Assembly: GCA_963666735.1 (NCBI GenBank)
Contig: OY762926.1
Coordinates: forward strand, 3,776,001 to 3,840,000
Source: Gemmatimonadota bacterium
GTDB taxonomy: Bacteria > Gemmatimonadota > Gemmatimonadetes > Palauibacterales > Palauibacteraceae
Reading direction: 5' to 3'
Length of the DNA stretch: 64,000 nucleotides
This document shows, piece by piece, positions 1 through 8,955 of the stretch (position 1 is the first letter of the stretch; every line of letters begins with the position of its first letter). Position numbers and translations under genes: made by a program. The notes under the pieces were generated by a model. That model had not been told where the DNA came from, did no database searches, and saw only the letters and a list, made by a program, of their open reading frames with translations.

Positions 1-1269
1 GGGGACCTGCTCACGCGGCACAAGGAGGATCTCGCGCGCACGGCCACGCGCGAGATGGGAAAGGTGCTCGACGAAACGCGCGGCGATGTCCAGGAGGCCA
101 TCGACACGGCCTACTACGCGGCGGTGGAAGGCCGGCGCCTGTTCGGACGCACGGCGCCCTCCGAGCTGCGGAGCAAGTGGGCGATGTCGTTCCGGCGTCC
201 CATCGGCGTGTTCGGGATCATCACCCCCTTCAACTTCCCGGTTGCCGTACCGAGCTGGAAGATTTTCCCCGCGCTGCTCTGCGGGAACAGCATCATCTAC
301 AAACCCTCGGAGGATGTGCCCCACAGCGCCCATCGGTTCGTGGAGATCCTGCTCGAGGCCGGCCTGCCGCCCGAGTGCGTGCAGTTGCTGCACGGCCGGG
401 GCGAGACGATCGGGCGCGCCATCGTCGAACACCCCGGCGTCCCCGGCCTCTCCTTCACCGGATCCACGGAGACGGGCAGCTGGATCGGCGAGGTCGCGGG
501 GCGCATGCACAAGCGCCTCTCCCTCGAGATGGGCGGCAAGAACGCGCAGATCGTCATGTCGGACGCGGACCTCGACCTCGCCCTCGAGGGCGTGCTGTGG
601 GGCGCCTTCGGCACGGCGGGGCAGCGCTGCACCGCGACGAGCCGGCTCCTCCTGCAGGGCGACATTCACGACGAATTCGTGGAGCGGCTGTGCTACGAGG
701 CGCGCTCCCTGCGGCTCGGGGACGGGCTGGAGGCCGGCGTCGACGTGGGGCCGCTCATCCACGAGGCCGCTCGCGAGAAGTGCGAACGCTACATCGCGAT
801 CGCCCGCGACGAGGGGGCGACGGTGGCGACGGGGGGCGGACGACCGGCGGAGAGCGGCCTCGCCGACGGCTGGTTCTTCGAGCCGACGGTTCTCGCGGGC
901 GTCGACAGAGGGCACCGGGCCGCGTGCGAGGAGATCTTCGGGCCGGTGCTCTCCGTGATCCGCTTCGACACGATCGAGGAAGCCTTCGATATCAACAACG
1001 AAGTTCCATACGGGCTCTCGTCGTCGATCTACACGCGCGATGTGACGGCGTCCTTTCGCGCCGTGGAGGAACTCGACAACGGCATCACCTACGTGAACGC
1101 GCCCACCATCGGCGCGGAGGCGCACCTCCCCTTCGGCGGCGTGAAAAACACGGGCAACGGGCACCGCGAAGGGGGGTGGGAAGTCTACGAGTTCTACACG
1201 GAAACGAAGGTCGCGTACGTCGATTACAGCGGCACGCTGCAGCGCGCGCAGATCGATGTCGATTGGTGA
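1..1269 (+). CDS. NAD(P)-dependent aldehyde dehydrogenase, 5' partial
   Basis: Frame open from base 1; motifs PFNFP, FTGSTETG, LEMGGKN (catalytic Glu), GQRCTA (catalytic Cys), EEIFGP. Confidence 0.95.
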   Translation, partial: GDLLTRHKEDLARTATREMGKVLDETRGDVQEAIDTAYYAAVEGRRLFGRTAPSELRSKWAMSFRRPIGVFGIITPFNFPVAVPSWKIFPALLCGNSIIYKPSEDVPHSAHRFVEILLEAGLPPECVQLLHGRGETIGRAIVEHPGVPGLSFTGSTETGSWIGEVAGRMHKRLSLEMGGKNAQIVMSDADLDLALEGVLWGAFGTAGQRCTATSRLLLQGDIHDEFVERLCYEARSLRLGDGLEAGVDVGPLIHEAAREKCERYIAIARDEGATVATGGGRPAESGLADGWFFEPTVLAGVDRGHRAACEEIFGPVLSVIRFDTIEEAFDINNEVPYGLSSSIYTRDVTASFRAVEELDNGITYVNAPTIGAEAHLPFGGVKNTGNGHREGGWEVYEFYTETKVAYVDYSGTLQRAQIDVDW

Positions 1270-1411
1270 AGCCGTGAAGTGAGGCCGTGAGGTGAGACCC
1301 CGTTGAGGCCCCGCCGTACATCACATGGTGCGGGCGGCCCGCACACGGGATCCGAAACCGGAATGCGCGCGGGACCGCCGATCACCGGCTTGTGGAACAG
1401 GGAAGGCTGGA

Positions 1412-2260
1412 ATGGAGGAACGACCGACTGAGGCAACCGCTTCCGGCACGGAAGGCGAAGGATTGGACGCGGGCTCGGAAGCGGGACTGGAAGGCGGCGC
1501 GCCGCGGCGGCGCGTCCGCCGGTTTCGAGCTCCCGCGGTCCGGGCGCGACGGGGTCGCGACGCGTCCGTCGGCCGATGGATGTGGGAGTGGACGAAGTCC
1601 ATCTTCATCGCCCTCGTCCTGTTTCTCTTCATCCGGACCTTCGTCGTGGAGGCCTTCCAGATTCCGACCGCCTCCATGGAAAACACGCTTCTGATCGGCG
1701 ATTTCCTCCTCGTCAACAAGATGGTGTACGGAGCCGAGATCCCCGGCACCACACTGGAGTTGCCCGCGTTCGGCGAGCCCTCGCGCGGCGACGTGGTCGT
1801 GTTCGAGCCCCCGGAGTCGGCCGAACAGCCCCCGCGCACGAACTACGTGAAGCGGATCGTCGGGATGCCCGGAGATACGCTGCGCATGCGGCGGGCGCGG
1901 CTCTTCGTGAACGGCGTTCCGTTCGAGGAACCTTACGTGAAGGCCGCGTCGGACTTCCCCGACGCCCCGAGCCCGAAGTTCGCGTGGCAGCGCCGGTTCC
2001 TGACCGATGGCGCGCGCCGCGCCGGGACGGTGACGACGCGAAACAACTGGGGGCCCCTGGTCGTGCCGGAGGACAGCTACTTCGTCATGGGCGACAACCG
2101 GTCGAACTCCGAGGACTCCCGCTACTGGGGCTTCGTGCCCAGGGATGCGATCCGGGGAAGACCCTTCCTCGTGTACTATTCGTACGCTCGCGAGCCGAGG
2201 GGCCCCATGTCCTGGCTCACCGAGATCCGCTGGGGCCGGATTCTGCGCGGCGTCGACTGA
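1412..2260 (+). CDS. lepB: Signal peptidase I
   Basis: TM segment, IPTASMENTL (Ser), NYVKRIVG (Lys), GDNRSNSEDSRYWG; start uncertain. Confidence 0.95.
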   Translation: MEERPTEATASGTEGEGLDAGSEAGLEGGAPRRRVRRFRAPAVRARRGRDASVGRWMWEWTKSIFIALVLFLFIRTFVVEAFQIPTASMENTLLIGDFLLVNKMVYGAEIPGTTLELPAFGEPSRGDVVVFEPPESAEQPPRTNYVKRIVGMPGDTLRMRRARLFVNGVPFEEPYVKAASDFPDAPSPKFAWQRRFLTDGARRAGTVTTRNNWGPLVVPEDSYFVMGDNRSNSEDSRYWGFVPRDAIRGRPFLVYYSYAREPRGPMSWLTEIRWGRILRGVD

Positions 2261-2272
2261 GGTCGACCCGGA

Positions 2273-3043
2273 ATGGTCCGGATATTCGAGCGCTACCTGG
2301 CGGACATCGGTCGCGAGAGCCTGCTGGACGCGGAAGCCGAAGTGGAACTGGCGCGGCGAAGTCGAGCCGGCGACGAGGCGGCGCGCGTGCGGCTCGTCAG
2401 CGCGAATCTCCGCTTCGTCGTGTCGGTCGCGCGCGCATACCGCGGTCGCGGCGTCCCGCTGGCCGACCTCGTGAACGAAGGGAATCTGGGGCTCGTGCGC
2501 GCCGCCGACCGATTCGACCCGGAGCGCGGCGTCCGATTCATCAGCTACGCGCACTACTGGGTGCGGCGGGCCATGTCGCAGGCCATCGCCGACCACGACG
2601 ATCAGCGGCCTCCCGGCGAACCCGCCCCACACCGCTTTTCCCTCGACGAGATGGCCCCCGGAAGCGCCTGCACCTACGAGGAACTCCTCCCCGACGAACA
2701 GGCGCCGGAGCCCGGAGCCGGGCTGGTTCGGGAGCGGCTGCACGAGGCCATCGAGGCGAGTCTGGCCGACCTCCCGCCGCTCGAATCGGAGGTCGTGCGC
2801 CGCTACTTCGGTCTGGGTTTCGAGCGGCCCCAGACGCCGGCCGAGATCTCGGCGGTCCTCGACCTGTCTCGCGAGCGGACGCGGCAACTCAAGGAGCGCG
2901 GGCTCTCGCGGCTGCGCGCGGGCGCCGAACGGTCCGGCCTCGTTCGCTACGTCAACGACGGTGCCCCCCGGGCCGGAAGCGCCTACCGCAGGGACGCGCC
3001 GCCCTCCCGTCCCATGCGAAGATACGCCTTCACGCGCGATTGA
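2273..3043 (+). CDS. Sigma-70 family RNA polymerase sigma factor (RpoD/RpoS-like regions 1.2, 2 and 4; domain 3 largely missing)
   Basis: YLADIGRESLL..EVELARR, ANLRFVVSVA, DLVNEGNLGL..A.DRFDPERGVRFISYA, SRERTRQL. Confidence 0.9.
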   Translation: MVRIFERYLADIGRESLLDAEAEVELARRSRAGDEAARVRLVSANLRFVVSVARAYRGRGVPLADLVNEGNLGLVRAADRFDPERGVRFISYAHYWVRRAMSQAIADHDDQRPPGEPAPHRFSLDEMAPGSACTYEELLPDEQAPEPGAGLVRERLHEAIEASLADLPPLESEVVRRYFGLGFERPQTPAEISAVLDLSRERTRQLKERGLSRLRAGAERSGLVRYVNDGAPRAGSAYRRDAPPSRPMRRYAFTRD

Positions 3044-3068
3044 CTTCGTGCGAAGCCCTGAATAGCTT
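3040..3068 (+). promoter_or_regulatory. Sigma-70-type promoter of the rplM-rpsI-rpsB operon
   Basis: TTGACT (3040-3045) - 17 bp - TAGCTT (3063-3068). Confidence 0.75.
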
Positions 3069-3098
3069 CACGGGCTATCATTTTCACGCGCTCGGCAT

Positions 3099-3121
3099 CC
3101 GTCCCGCCGGGCGGTTTTTTT
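3099..3121 (+). terminator. Terminator/attenuator-like hairpin in the rplM leader
   Basis: CCGTCC-cgcc-GGGCGG stem (one G-U pair) followed by T7, immediately before SD GAGGTG. Confidence 0.55.
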
Positions 3122-3137
3122 GAGGTGGGCAGAACGA

Positions 3138-3575
3138 ATGAAGACGTACTCGGTGAAGGCGGGGGAGATCGAACGGGATTGGTACGTGGTCGACGCCGCG
3201 GATCAGGTTCTCGGCCGTCTCGCGACGAGGATCGCGACCGTCCTTCGCGGAAAACACAAGCCGATCTACAGTACGCACCTCGACACCGGCGACTATGTCG
3301 TCGTCGTGAACGCGGAGCGTGTGCGGCTGACCGGGAACAAGGCGGATCAGAAGGAATACTTCCGCCACTCCGGCTACATGGGCGGAGAGCGCTTCATCCC
3401 CTTCCGGCGCATGCTCGATCGATACCCGGACCGGGTGATCAAGCTGGCGGTGAAGGGCATGCTGCCGAAGAACGCGCTCGGCCGGCAGATGCTCGGAAAG
3501 TTGAGAGTGTACGCGGGGCCGGAGCATCCGCACGCGCCTCAGAGTCCCCGCCCCTTCGACGCGGTCACGGAATAG
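3138..3575 (+). CDS. rplM: 50S ribosomal protein L13
   Basis: [39 protein letters not shown]. Confidence 0.98.
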   Translation: MKTYSVKAGEIERDWYVVDAADQVLGRLATRIATVLRGKHKPIYSTHLDTGDYVVVVNAERVRLTGNKADQKEYFRHSGYMGGERFIPFRRMLDRYPDRVIKLAVKGMLPKNALGRQMLGKLRVYAGPEHPHAPQSPRPFDAVTE

Positions 3576-3602
3576 CGGTCACGGAACGGCGGTCGCGGAA
3601 TA
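3561..3602 (+). repeat. Three tandem 14-bp copies spanning the rplM stop codon
   Basis: GCGGTCACGGAATA / GCGGTCACGGAACG / GCGGTCGCGGAATA. Confidence 0.9.
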
Positions 3603-3638
3603 GCAGAGAGCGCGCAGGGACTGCCAGGGAGACGAGAG

Positions 3639-4034
3639 TTGGCGGAAACGGAACAGGTCCAGTCGGTCGGACGCCGGAAGAAGTCGGTGTCCCGCATCAC
3701 GATGAAGCGTGGTGTGGGCGTCGTGAACGTGAATGGCCGGGCTTTCGAAGAGTATTTCACGATCCCGCGACACCGTTCGCTCGTCGCGGCGCCCCTCGAT
3801 GTCACCGGGACGCGAGCGTCGTACGACATCGCCGTGCGGGTCCGGGGAGGCGGAATCACCGGCCAGGCGGAGGCCACGCGCCTGGGCATCGCCCGCGCCC
3901 TCCTCGCGATGGATGAGGAGCGCCGGCGCACGTTGCGGTCTCACGGCATGTTGACCCGCGATCCCCGCATCGTCGAGCGGAAGAAGCCGGGTCGTCCCAA
4001 GGCGCGCAAGCGCTTCCAGTTCTCCAAACGATAG
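3639..4034 (+). CDS. rpsI: 30S ribosomal protein S9 (TTG start)
   Basis: GRRKKS, GGGITGQAEA, LTRDPRIVERKKPG..ARKRFQFSKR. Confidence 0.98.
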   Translation: MAETEQVQSVGRRKKSVSRITMKRGVGVVNVNGRAFEEYFTIPRHRSLVAAPLDVTGTRASYDIAVRVRGGGITGQAEATRLGIARALLAMDEERRRTLRSHGMLTRDPRIVERKKPGRPKARKRFQFSKR

Positions 4035-4056
4035 CGGAAGGCGGAAAGCCGAACGC

Positions 4057-5073
4057 ATGGGCGTCGAGCTGCAGGACCTCTTGAAGGCGGGCGTACACTT
4101 CGGGCACCAGACACATCGCTGGAACCCGAAGATGCGGAAATACATCTTCGCCGAGTGCGGCGGGATCTACCTCATCGATCTCAAGAAGACGCAACGGGAG
4201 CTCGAGCGGGCACACGAACTCGTGCGCCGGACGATCGTCGCGGGCAAATCCGTGCTCTTCGTGTGCACCAAGCCTCAGCTCGCCCGCGTCGTGCGGGGAG
4301 AGGCCGAGCGGTGCGGTTCCTTCTACGTTACGGAACGCTGGCTGGGCGGCATGCTCACCAACTTCCAGACGATCAAGAAGAACATCGCGCGCCTGAAGGA
4401 ACTCGAGCGGGGCGTCGAGGAAGGGGCGTTCGAGTTCTATACGAAGAAGGAGCGGCTGCTCCTCGAGCGCGAGCGCCAGAAGCTCGACCGTTATCTGTCC
4501 GGCATCAAGGAAATGACGAAGCTGCCGGGGCTCGTGTTCGTGGTGGATTCCACCCGCGAAGAGATCGCGGTGCGCGAGGCGAACCGCCTCGGCATCCCGG
4601 TCGTCGCGATCGCGGACACGAACGCGGATCCGGATCTCCTCACGATCGCCATCGCGGGCAACGACGACGCGATTCGCTCGGTCTCCCTGATCACGCGCTC
4701 GGTCGCGGACGTCGTGGAGGCATCGCGCCGCGAGATTCCGGAGGCGGGACGGGACGAGGCGGAGTCGCAGGCGTACACGTATTCGAGCGACGCCGGCGGG
4801 GTCGCCGACGCCGCGGGCAGTTCGCGCCGACGGAGGCCGAGGCGAAAGCCGCGGCCCGAGGTCATCGCGCAGCGACTGCACCATCCAGCTGTGATAGAGG
4901 GTGCCGACGGGGCCGCCGAGTCGGCCGAGGGTGCTGCGGACGCCGGGAGCGCCGGGAGCGCCGAGACGGCGGCGAGCGCCGAAACGGCCGACAACCCGGA
5001 ACCCGCGGCGGACGCCGGATCGGAGGGCGCCGAAGCGGTCGTTGTCGGAGAGGTGGCGTCAGAAGAGAAGTGA
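4057..5073 (+). CDS. rpsB: 30S ribosomal protein S2 with long C-terminal extension
   Basis: AGVHFGHQT.RWNPKM, RWLGGMLTNF, DTNADP, GNDDAIRS. Confidence 0.98.
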   Translation: MGVELQDLLKAGVHFGHQTHRWNPKMRKYIFAECGGIYLIDLKKTQRELERAHELVRRTIVAGKSVLFVCTKPQLARVVRGEAERCGSFYVTERWLGGMLTNFQTIKKNIARLKELERGVEEGAFEFYTKKERLLLERERQKLDRYLSGIKEMTKLPGLVFVVDSTREEIAVREANRLGIPVVAIADTNADPDLLTIAIAGNDDAIRSVSLITRSVADVVEASRREIPEAGRDEAESQAYTYSSDAGGVADAAGSSRRRRPRRKPRPEVIAQRLHHPAVIEGADGAAESAEGAADAGSAGSAETAASAETADNPEPAADAGSEGAEAVVVGEVASEEK

Positions 5074-5080
5074 CCGCAAG

Positions 5081-5107
5081 GGGCCACTTCGGTGGCCCTT
5101 TTTTTTT
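5081..5107 (+). terminator. Intrinsic terminator between rpsB and tsf
   Basis: GGGCCAC-TTCG-GTGGCCC followed by T9 (cUUCGg tetraloop). Confidence 0.9.
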
Positions 5108-5127
5108 GGGAAGGAGACATGGAGACC

Positions 5128-5976
5128 ATGACGCAGATCACGGCCGGGGCGGTGAAGGCTCTCCGCGACCGAACAGGTGCCGGGATGATGGACTGCAAGC
5201 GCGCGCTCATCGAGTCGGACGGAGATTCGGAGCGGGCCATCGACCTGCTCAGGAAAGCGGGCGCGGCGAAGGCGGCGAAGCGCGTGGCGCGCGCGGTGTC
5301 GGAAGGCACGATCCGCATCGCGATGCGCGATGGGTCCGCCTCGATGGTCGAGGTGCTGAGCGAAACGGACTTCGTCGCGCGCAGCGATGCGTTCGAGGAT
5401 TTCTCGCGGGATCTGGCCGACCGGCTGCTCGACCTCCCGGTGCCGGACGGGGAGACCGTGCAGGGCGCCGCGCTGCTGCAGTTCGAGGGCGGAGACGCGA
5501 TCGAGAGCCGCCTCAACGAGCTGCGGGTCCAGGTCGGAGAGAACATCCAGCTGGGACGGGCCGTGCGCTATGACGTCGGCGCGCAGGGGGCCTTCGCCTC
5601 CTACGTCCACTTCGGGAATCGCATCGGCGTGCTGCTGGAGGTTTCAGACTCCGGTGACGCGGCGGTGGAGGCGGCCCGCGGGATCGCGATGCATGCCGCG
5701 GCCACGAATCCCCGGGGCGTATCGCCGGACGACATCCCGGAGGAGGAGGTCGAACGCGAGCGCAAGCTGCTGACCGAACAGGCGCTGGAGCAGGGCAAGC
5801 CGGCCTCGATCACGGAGAAGATCGTGGAGGGCCGCATGCGCAAGTTCTATGAGGAGAACGCGCTTCTCTGGCAGGCCTATGTGCGCGATCCGGACCTGAC
5901 GGTGAAGGAGGTCCTGGGCAAGGCGGGAGAAGGCCTGGCGGTTCGGCGGTTCGCCCGCTTCGAGGTGGGCGGCTGA
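5128..5976 (+). CDS. tsf: Translation elongation factor Ts
   Basis: [36 protein letters not shown]; start 5119 or 5128. Confidence 0.97.
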   Translation: MTQITAGAVKALRDRTGAGMMDCKRALIESDGDSERAIDLLRKAGAAKAAKRVARAVSEGTIRIAMRDGSASMVEVLSETDFVARSDAFEDFSRDLADRLLDLPVPDGETVQGAALLQFEGGDAIESRLNELRVQVGENIQLGRAVRYDVGAQGAFASYVHFGNRIGVLLEVSDSGDAAVEAARGIAMHAAATNPRGVSPDDIPEEEVERERKLLTEQALEQGKPASITEKIVEGRMRKFYEENALLWQAYVRDPDLTVKEVLGKAGEGLAVRRFARFEVGG

Positions 5977-6716
5977 GTTCCGCGGACCCGATTCCGGGGG
6001 CCGCGGCCGATCTCAAGTATCGCCGCGCCCTCGTGAAGCTCTCCGGCGAGTCGCTCGCCGGGAATCGAGGGTTCGGCATCGACCCGCCGGCCATCGAGGA
6101 ACTCACGCACGACATCCGTCGCGTCCACGGGAGCGGCGTGAGCCTCGGACTCGTCGTGGGCGGCGGGAACATCATGCGCGGCACGGTGGCGAGCGCGCGC
6201 GGCATGGATCGGGTGAGCGCGGACTACATGGGCATGCTCGCGACCGTGATCAACGCGATGGCGCTTCAGGACATGCTCGAGCAGGCCGGCGTGGAGACGC
6301 GGGTCATGTCCGCCATCCGGATGGAAGAACTCGCGGAGCCCTACATCCGGCGTCGCGCGCTGCGGCATATCGAGAAGGGAAGGGTCGTGATCTTCGCCGG
6401 AGGCACCGGGAACCCGTATTTTTCCACCGATACGGCGGCCGTGCTCCGGGCGATCGAGATGGAAGCCGACGTGATCATGAAGGCGACGCGGGTCGACGGG
6501 GTGTACACAGCGGATCCGGAGACCGACCCGGAGGCCTCGCTCATCGACGAGATCGGGTATCTCGAAGTGATGACCCGTGAACTCGGCGTCATGGACGCGG
6601 CGGCGATCTCGCTGTGCAAGGACAACTCGCTGCCCATCGTCGTCTTGAACATCAAGCGGCCTGGTGCAATCCTGGCAGCGTTGCGAGGCGAGAGGATCGG
6701 GACCCTCGTCGCGTAG
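5973..6716 (+). CDS. pyrH: UMP kinase (probable CTG start overlapping the tsf stop)
   Basis: [37 protein letters not shown]; the conserved N-terminus begins upstream of the first GTG (6033). Confidence 0.95.
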   Translation: MSSADPIPGAAADLKYRRALVKLSGESLAGNRGFGIDPPAIEELTHDIRRVHGSGVSLGLVVGGGNIMRGTVASARGMDRVSADYMGMLATVINAMALQDMLEQAGVETRVMSAIRMEELAEPYIRRRALRHIEKGRVVIFAGGTGNPYFSTDTAAVLRAIEMEADVIMKATRVDGVYTADPETDPEASLIDEIGYLEVMTRELGVMDAAAISLCKDNSLPIVVLNIKRPGAILAALRGERIGTLVA

Positions 6717-6740
6717 GATTCGCGGAGATCGGAGGGGACG

Positions 6741-7298
6741 GTGCCGGAGGAGACGCTGGAGAATGCGGTCCTGGCGATGGATAGCGCGATCGAGGCGATC
6801 GCGCGGGAATTCGCCACCGTTCGTACGGGCAAGGCGACGACGGCGATTCTCGACGGCGTGAGGGTCGAAGCGTACGGCTCGATCGTACAGTTGCGGCAGG
6901 TGGCCAACGTCAGCGCTCCCGAGCCGACGATGCTTCTGGTGCAGCCGTACGACCCGAACATCGCCGGCGATGTCGCGCGCGCGATCCAGAGCGGCGACCT
7001 GGGGCTCAACCCTTCGGTGGACGGCGCCGTCGTCCGGGTGCCCATCCCGCCGCTGACCGAGGAGCGCCGCCGCGAGCTCGTCAAGATCCTCCACCGGATG
7101 GCGGAAGAGGGGCGGGTGTCGATCCGGCACGCGAGACACGATGCGCGCGACCAGCTCCTGAAGATGCAGCGGGACGGGGAAGTCGGTGAGGACATCTGCC
7201 GCCGCACGATGGCGGAGGTCCAGACGCATACGGACGAATACGTGAGGAAGATCGACGAGATGCTGACGCGCAGGGAAGCGGAGGTGATGGAGGTTTGA
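6741..7298 (+). CDS. frr: Ribosome recycling factor
   Basis: VRTGKA, LGLNP, PPLTEERRRELVK, RVSIRHAR. Confidence 0.97.
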   Translation: MPEETLENAVLAMDSAIEAIAREFATVRTGKATTAILDGVRVEAYGSIVQLRQVANVSAPEPTMLLVQPYDPNIAGDVARAIQSGDLGLNPSVDGAVVRVPIPPLTEERRRELVKILHRMAEEGRVSIRHARHDARDQLLKMQRDGEVGEDICRRTMAEVQTHTDEYVRKIDEMLTRREAEVMEV

Positions 7299-7558
7299 GC
7301 GGACCGAAGGACATCACCGGCGCCCTGCGGGCATACGTCACCGGGCGGGATCGCGTCTGGGAGCACGGGCGCAAGCTAGGCCGATCCGGGACCGCCTCCG
7401 CGGATCCCTCTCCCGATCCCTCCGCCGGCGCCCCGTCGGAGATCGCGTTCGGGGAGTTGCCGGCACGGCCGACGTTCGGCGTTTCCGTGGCCGAGGAACT
7501 GGACTTCCGCCGCGGCCCGGCGGCGTGCCGCGACCGCCTCCCGCCAAGAGAGTCCTGA
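7295..7558 (+). CDS. Short hypothetical ORF or gene remnant between frr and tilS
   Basis: TTG overlapping the frr stop (TTGA) with GAGG-type SD upstream; 87 aa, no firm family. Confidence 0.35.
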   Translation: MSGPKDITGALRAYVTGRDRVWEHGRKLGRSGTASADPSPDPSAGAPSEIAFGELPARPTFGVSVAEELDFRRGPAACRDRLPPRES

Positions 7559-8955
7559 CCCTCCGCGCCGAAGCCCCGCGCGCCGCGGGCGCCGGCGTGG
7601 AGGCCCGCCTGCGGCGCGCGCTCGAGGCGACTCCGGAGCTTCTGCCGCGAGGCTCGCGCGTCCTCGTGGCCTTCTCCGGCGGATCGGACTCGGTCGCGCT
7701 CCTCCATCTCCTCCGCGCGCTCGGCGAGTCATGGCCGCTGACGCTAAGCGCGGCCCACTTCGACCACGGGCTGCAGCCGGAAAGCGCCACACAGGCCGCG
7801 CGAGCGGCGGAACTCTGCCGCCGGGCCGGAGTTCCGTGCGACGTGGGCCGGGCGAACGGACTCGCGGGCGGCCACGCGGAGTGGCGGGCGGCCCGATACG
7901 CGTTCCTGGCCGAGGCGCGGCGTCAGGCCGGGGCGGACCGCGTCGCCCTCGCGCACCAGCGCGATGACCAGGTGGAGACGGTGTTGCTGAACCTCCTGCG
8001 CGGCCCCGGCTATCGCGGGCTGGCCGGCATCCCCGCGCGCCGCGGCGCGTTCGTGCGTCCGCTGCTCGGCTTCGGGCGAGAGGAACTGAGAGGCTATCTG
8101 CGCGCCGCGGGGCGGGAGTGGGTGAAGGATCCCGCAAACCGGCATCCCCGTTATCGGCGCTCGCGGGTGCGGTACGGGCTGCTGCCGGCCCTGGCCGACC
8201 GGGAGCCATCCGTGCGCCGACTGCTGGCGGAACTCGGAAGGCATGCACTGGTGGCCGAGGGGGGGCTGGAAGCGGTCGCCCGGCGGCGTCTCGCCGCCGC
8301 GGGATACCGGGAAAGCGCCGCCGGCGCGCAAATTGCCCGGTCCCGGTTGCTGGGGTATGATCGGGCGGCGCGCGGCCGCATGTTGCGGCGGGTCGCCCGG
8401 GACATGGGTTTCCGGGTGTCCCGGCGCGGAACCCGGGTGGGCGCATCCTTCATCGACACGGGGGAGAGCGGGCGCGGAGTGGACATCGCGGCAGGTCTGC
8501 GGGTCGAGCGCGAGTTCGACCGGATTCACGTCCGTCGCGCGCGCCAGGCGCCGTCCGACCGCGAACTCGACATCGATCGGATGCGGGCGGGCCGGGCGCC
8601 GGTTCGCCTCGGCGGGAGGGCCTATGAGGTGCGCTGGGGCGCCCTCGAGGGTACGGAACGCTGGGCGACGGCTTTCCCCGTCAACGGGATCAGGTTCCCG
8701 ATCCGGGTACGGGGACCGGAACCCGGAGACCGGATCCGCACGCCGGCCGGGTCGCGGAAGGTGGCGAAGCTTCTGGTCGAGCGTCGCGTGCCGGCTTCGG
8801 GTCGCGCGGGCGTGCCGGTCCTGGTGGATGCCGACCGGAAAGTGCTGTGGGTGGCCGGGCACTCCCGGGCGGCGGTGGCGCCGCCCGACCCCGGAGGAGC
8901 GTGGTTCGCCATTGGAGTCCATTGGATTCACCGAGCGCTGAGACCGGCACGATGA
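7525..8955 (+). CDS. tilS: tRNA(Ile)-lysidine synthetase
   Basis: PP-loop SGGSDS, HFDHGL, AHQRDDQVET, RPLL, DPAN; start uncertain. Confidence 0.93.
   Translation: MPRPPPAKRVLTLRAEAPRAAGAGVEARLRRALEATPELLPRGSRVLVAFSGGSDSVALLHLLRALGESWPLTLSAAHFDHGLQPESATQAARAAELCRRAGVPCDVGRANGLAGGHAEWRAARYAFLAEARRQAGADRVALAHQRDDQVETVLLNLLRGPGYRGLAGIPARRGAFVRPLLGFGREELRGYLRAAGREWVKDPANRHPRYRRSRVRYGLLPALADREPSVRRLLAELGRHALVAEGGLEAVARRRLAAAGYRESAAGAQIARSRLLGYDRAARGRMLRRVARDMGFRVSRRGTRVGASFIDTGESGRGVDIAAGLRVEREFDRIHVRRARQAPSDRELDIDRMRAGRAPVRLGGRAYEVRWGALEGTERWATAFPVNGIRFPIRVRGPEPGDRIRTPAGSRKVAKLLVERRVPASGRAGVPVLVDADRKVLWVAGHSRAAVAPPDPGGAWFAIGVHWIHRALRPAR

Noticed and set aside
3561..3602. Short repeat arrays here and at 38601 and 52144 as possible CRISPR
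   Set aside because: Units are 12-24 bp, directly tandem without unique spacers, and there are no cas genes
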